NCBI GenBank assembly: GCA_010909165.1
Contig: MU008176.1
Coordinates: forward strand, 984,856-1,048,855
DNA: 64,000 nucleotides
Direction of reading: 5' to 3'
Source of the DNA: Anthoceros angustus
Taxonomy: Eukaryota > Plantae > Anthocerotophyta
Shown: piece by piece, positions 59,434 through 64,000 of the stretch
Layout: each line of letters begins with the position of its first letter
Position numbering within the stretch: position 1 is the first letter of the stretch
Position numbers and translations under genes: made by a program
The notes under the pieces: model-generated
The model's database searches: none
Told to the model about the DNA's origin: nothing
Seen by the model: only the letters and a program-made list of their open reading frames with translations

Positions 59434-59990
59434 GACATCCTTCACCCCCTTCAACCTTACCCAAGGAATTTGAGCCTTGAGAATGATCTTGGGACCGATT
59501 AGCTTATTTGTACATATATTTTATCCAATATTAAATAGTATTATATATATACTATATATAAGAGTACCATTTTATATATATATATATAAGAGTACCATTT
59601 TATATATATTATATTATTAAATATTATTTTATATGTACTATATACAAGGAATAATACCTTGTACATATAATATATAAAAATGTCATCTTATATATTATAT
59701 AAATAAATATCACTATATACATACCATATATAATAAATACCACTAGTATATATCATATATAATAAGTACCACCATACATAACAAATATCATCTTATATAT
59801 ATTATATACAAGAAACATCACCTTATATATAATAAACGTCACCTTATATATACCATCCACCTTATACATATTATATTAAGAGCATCATTTTGTACATACT
59901 ATATATAACAGTTAATAAAAACTATTCCTTGTACATATCTACCCATATGAACACAAAGTAAAATTTACATACATTTGATTCTCTTAAATA

Positions 59991-59992
<2 letters not shown>

Positions 59993-60030
<38 letters not shown>
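59993..60030. repeat. (AT)n microsatellite at the end of an extremely AT-rich tract (about 59500-60030)
   Basis: Pure AT run of about 38 nt. Confidence 0.95.
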
Positions 60031-60033
<3 letters not shown>

Positions 60034-60164
60034 AATTATGAACTATTTTATAATTCAAAGTAAATCACTCCACACAAAAGCTTTGGCACGGACATCTAGG
60101 AGCCAAAAATTACCCATTCGATGGACTTTCTCGTTGAGCAAGAATTTCTCATTACAACCTATGC

Positions 60165-60607
60165 TCATTACAAGGTCCTCATATCATCACACGTCCTTGC
60201 ATGTTTGGGCTTATGACAAAGTTCTCATATAACAAGGTTCATCACATGTCCTTGCATGTCTGGGCTTATGACAAGGTCCTCATATAACAAGGTTCATCAC
60301 ACATCCTTGCATGTCTGGGCTTATGACAAGGTACTCATATAACAAGGTTCATCACACGTCCTTACATGTCTGGGCTTATGATAAGGTCCTCATATAACAA
60401 GGTTTATTACAAGGTCCTCATATCATCACACGTCCTTGCATGTTTGGGCTTATGAAAGGTCCTCATATAACAAGGTTCATCACATGTCCTTGCATGTCTG
60501 GGCTTATGACAAGGTCCTCATATAACAAGGTTCATCACACGTCCTTGCATGTCTGGGCTTATGACAAGGTCCTCATATAACAAGGTTTATTACATGGTCC
60601 TCATATG
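60165..60607. repeat. 55-bp tandem satellite, about 7 copies, with higher-order structure
   Basis: Unit tcatcacacgtccttgcatgtctgggcttatgacaaggtcctcatataacaaggt. Confidence 0.92.
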
Positions 60608-61945
60608 ACAAAACTTCATAATATTAATAGTTTTGAGAATAGATACTAAACTGAATAGTGTTATTTTGAGAATAAATACTAAACTCCACATTGTTGAGAA
60701 TACATACAAAACCGTCAATGGAGGATCGTCATATATCGTAATCTTGGAATACACCCAATGAGGGTAATAGTAGGGGAAGGAAGAAAAATGCATACCTCTC
60801 GTCGTCGAGAACACATACTAAACTGAATAATGTTGAGAATACATACTAAACTTCCATTTTCATCTTTAGCTACAAGCTCGCTCGTTCAAGCAAACCTACA
60901 TTCAACATGATTTTTAAGGTGGCTTTTATAATGATCCTTTTCTAAAAGACTATATCGATCAGACAATTTATTGAAACCGTTTACTTCTATTGAAAAAATT
61001 AAGTGTGAATGTAGTAGTAGCAGCTGTGGTTAATCTTATGATCATAGGTTACAAATGACATAGGAGTACTAGGTAGTTTCAAGATGGACAATTACGGGGC
61101 TACTCCCCCTTGGTCTGGGGCCCTCTAGAGGGTTGTTCCCTTTTATCCTGGGTACATGGGATTTTCCATCTCTTTTTATATAAAGTCTTTAGATTCATCA
61201 TAGGTTACAAATGACACTGGGAATTTTATTAAATTGCAATACTCTAACAGTCTTGTGCATTTTATAAAAACACTCTATAGCTACAATTGTTTTTGAGCTT
61301 TATATTTCGACTAGCAATTGAGGAATAATTTTTTCACCTAAATTTTTCAAGATTAACTCGTTGAATTATTATTATAGTTTGGTCAATTGTTAAACCTCAC
61401 CAGGCATACCTGGTCATTTCGCAACTCCTCTTCCCAATCAAGCCTAATATCATGTCCGGATACATACATGCTACGGGCATTCCGCCTTGGATGTGTGTGA
61501 GTCTTCAATGCGTCTAATGTAGGGAGGAGTGAAGTGTGACTTGCTCGTTAGAGTGCGTCTGTGTGTGGAGGAGAAAGTATGATTTGCTCGTTAGAGCTAA
61601 CTGCATTATCTCCACAACATTTTGCATAATACCCTAAGCCTGGTCATCTCTACACCTTGCAAGGAGATTGTTTGCACATTTCATCATCCATCAAAGCATC
61701 CCGCTCACCCGGGCAACATCAAGGCATCCGCTCACCCGGGAATGTCGTGTGTGGCCTCTCTCACTGAAAGCCTGCAGCCCGTGTGAAGGGCGCGTTCTGG
61801 CAACTCCGTCTCTATACCTAGCAGACAGGTGATGCCAAGGTCTGGAGATCCCATCGTGCGGGAATCCCCAGGAGTTCAGATCATCCCTACCTAACAAGAC
61901 AACGGCGCAGGGGATTTAGCTAAGTATTGCCCCTTGGCTCCCAAG

Positions 61946-62070
61946 AGTATGAAGAAAAGCTCAGATTGTTCGACATCAGCGGAAACCCACTACTAACAGG
62001 GGCCATTCCCAACCTCAGCTCATGGACAACGTTTAAGGTTCTCGGGGCCAACTCAATTCCTGGAAGCTAG
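61946..62070 (+). pseudogene. Plant-type LRR fragment
   Basis: KLRLFDISGNPLLTGAIPNLSSW matches the LxxLDLSxNxLxGxIP consensus, followed shortly by a stop. Confidence 0.5.
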
Positions 62071-64000
62071 AGATGAGATCCCAACCGTGGCAACAACCAT
62101 GTATCCGCAGAGTCCTACTATACCGAGTCTTTGGTGAAGAAACTGCTGTAACTACTCTGAAGGGAGTCCTTGTCCAACAGGAATTCCTTCGCATGTAACT
62201 AGGTTAGGGAAGTGAATAACGTAGGTAGATACACGAACACCCTTATGATCCTAGTTTTACGTATGACAATGAACATGAACTCTAAATGGATGCCCTCACG
62301 GAAGAAGAAGCGCGGGCCCTTCTTATTGTCGAACACAATGACGTATTTACAAGCGGCTAGAACGCAATGACATATTTACAAACGGGCCCTAATTGTTATC
62401 GAACACAATGACATGCGTGCCACAACGTCTGCAGATGGCTATCTGAGTTGACGATCACGATCGGTGAGCATAGTAGGTGGACCTGTTTGCGGCATTCTCT
62501 TGAACATGTCCATTCCAAACGAGGAGTCCGAGGAACGCAACGATGAACCAATGTTAACCAACATGTGATGAAACAACGTTAAGTCGAACGCGAAAAGAAA
62601 GAGGCGTGACACGGGAATCGTTATTTCGTAAGGAAGGAACCACTTGATGTTTAAGATGGGAGGTATGTGATCCTTCTTGATCAACTTTCATAAAATCTCC
62701 ATCGTAACATCTCGTAGAGCGTTTTCGAACCGCTTGCCGCTTGGATCTCTCTTCAACGATCGATTCGAGTGGTATCATTAACATGACAAACCGTTACTTA
62801 CTGCGGAAGCATGAAACTCATCTCATAGAGAGGCGGACTTGCCGCCATCACCAAGGGAATAGATACGAGTATGGTTTCTTGTGCGATTGCGAGGACAGAC
62901 AACATTAAGTGCACACACCACGCTCCCGGTCAAACGCTTCAACCTTGTTGCCGAACCAAGCTATCTTGTTGTTCTTGGTCTCATAGAAGGACAGACAAAC
63001 CTGCAGCTCCAACTCTTGAAGGCCTACTCTGCGAATCGAGTGCCCAAAACTGCTTTGAGAACTTTCCGATCACAATTCTCCATGTCGAGATAGGGTTACA
63101 GCTTTTCTTGTTTGGGTGTTTCTCACCCATGTAAGAAAGCGGTCAATCTTCTCGTCAATCCTTTTTCAACATCGGATCCCCGACCGCACTGAACCATGGA
63201 AGCGGATCAAAGTATCAATATCATGCGGACCTACTCAAGCTTTTAAAAACAAAGAATCGGATGGGAAGCTGCACCAACAACCCATATAGGTTATCTCAAA
63301 AGCTCGAGTCGATGTCTCGAGGACGAACTTGTCCAAAGGCGCGTTGAACATTATGGTATGCAAGATGCCCGACATGCCACATTATCTCGATGAGAAGGTT
63401 AACCCTTCTGACTCTATTGACACACAACGTGCAAAAACAAAGCGTAATCATTCACCAAAGAATCCGACAACGCACATCTTAGCGCTTCCGAATTTGATAT
63501 CGCTCCAGCTCCTGCACGATAGCAAGCATCTCATTCGACTATTCCAACCACAAACCATTGATCCCGAACGGAAAACTAAATTCTATCACAACTGGCGACC
63601 TACCTCTTTCGGATAAAACACCTCGCAATTCATGGTGCAAGGGATCAATAACCCGCTGCAAATTCTGTGGCATGCAAAGAGAGGACCTCAAGAGACACCG
63701 CAAACACGCAATGCCTAAAAAATTGTTATCACGAATTGATGACGAGATCACAAGCTCCTGTGTTGCTCTGCAGTCGCCATACCTCCTCTGAACTAAAGCT
63801 CAAGCGCCTTCCTTGGGAAATTCGGATCTGGCGCAGATCATCTTGGTGCCGACAAGCGACACGATGAAATACATGCGTGGAGCTTTACACTTGCTAGGGC
63901 TGGTCTGCTTGAGCTTCCACACCGATCCCTCAAGGCACTGGTGGGCAAAATATATGTTCTTTGGAGATATACACATAATCGGGTCTCACAAGATTTTTGT

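Noticed and set aside
60165-60607. CRISPR-like appearance of the 55-bp array (also the 25-bp and 27-bp arrays)
   Set aside because: Units are contiguous with no unique spacers, there are no cas genes, and the context is eukaryotic.

Overview
Compact, intron-rich land-plant nuclear DNA. Very short introns, tight gene spacing and a PLS-type PPR remnant suggest a lycophyte such as Selaginella (inference, not verified). 1-16.5 kb: a frameshift-riddled Ty3/gypsy LTR retrotransposon on the minus strand (gag with two zinc knuckles, PR, RT, RNase H, integrase ending in a PHD finger, an extra ORF) with several internal tandem duplications and a modular repeat array at its left end. 17-24 kb: a PPR pseudogene and unidentified coding-like DNA. 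Then come an intronless alkaline/neutral invertase (-), an AT-rich island with a secreted Gnk2/DUF26-like ORF (-), and a pair of miRNA-like hairpins. A dense gene block follows: fibrillin/PAP (+) with a DnaJ-type zinc-finger ORF inside its long intron 4, a 2H-phosphoesterase-like gene (+), an animal/ciliate-like glutamate dehydrogenase (-), TIO/FUSED kinase (+), a KLHDC4-like kelch gene (-) and MSRB1 (+). The window ends in AT-rich satellites and degenerate DNA. The strongest leads are the nested zinc-finger ORF with an in-frame splice acceptor, the antenna-bearing GDH, the tandem hairpin pair and the PHD-bearing retroelement. Exon boundaries were read by eye, and many indels in the repeats could be long-read assembly error.
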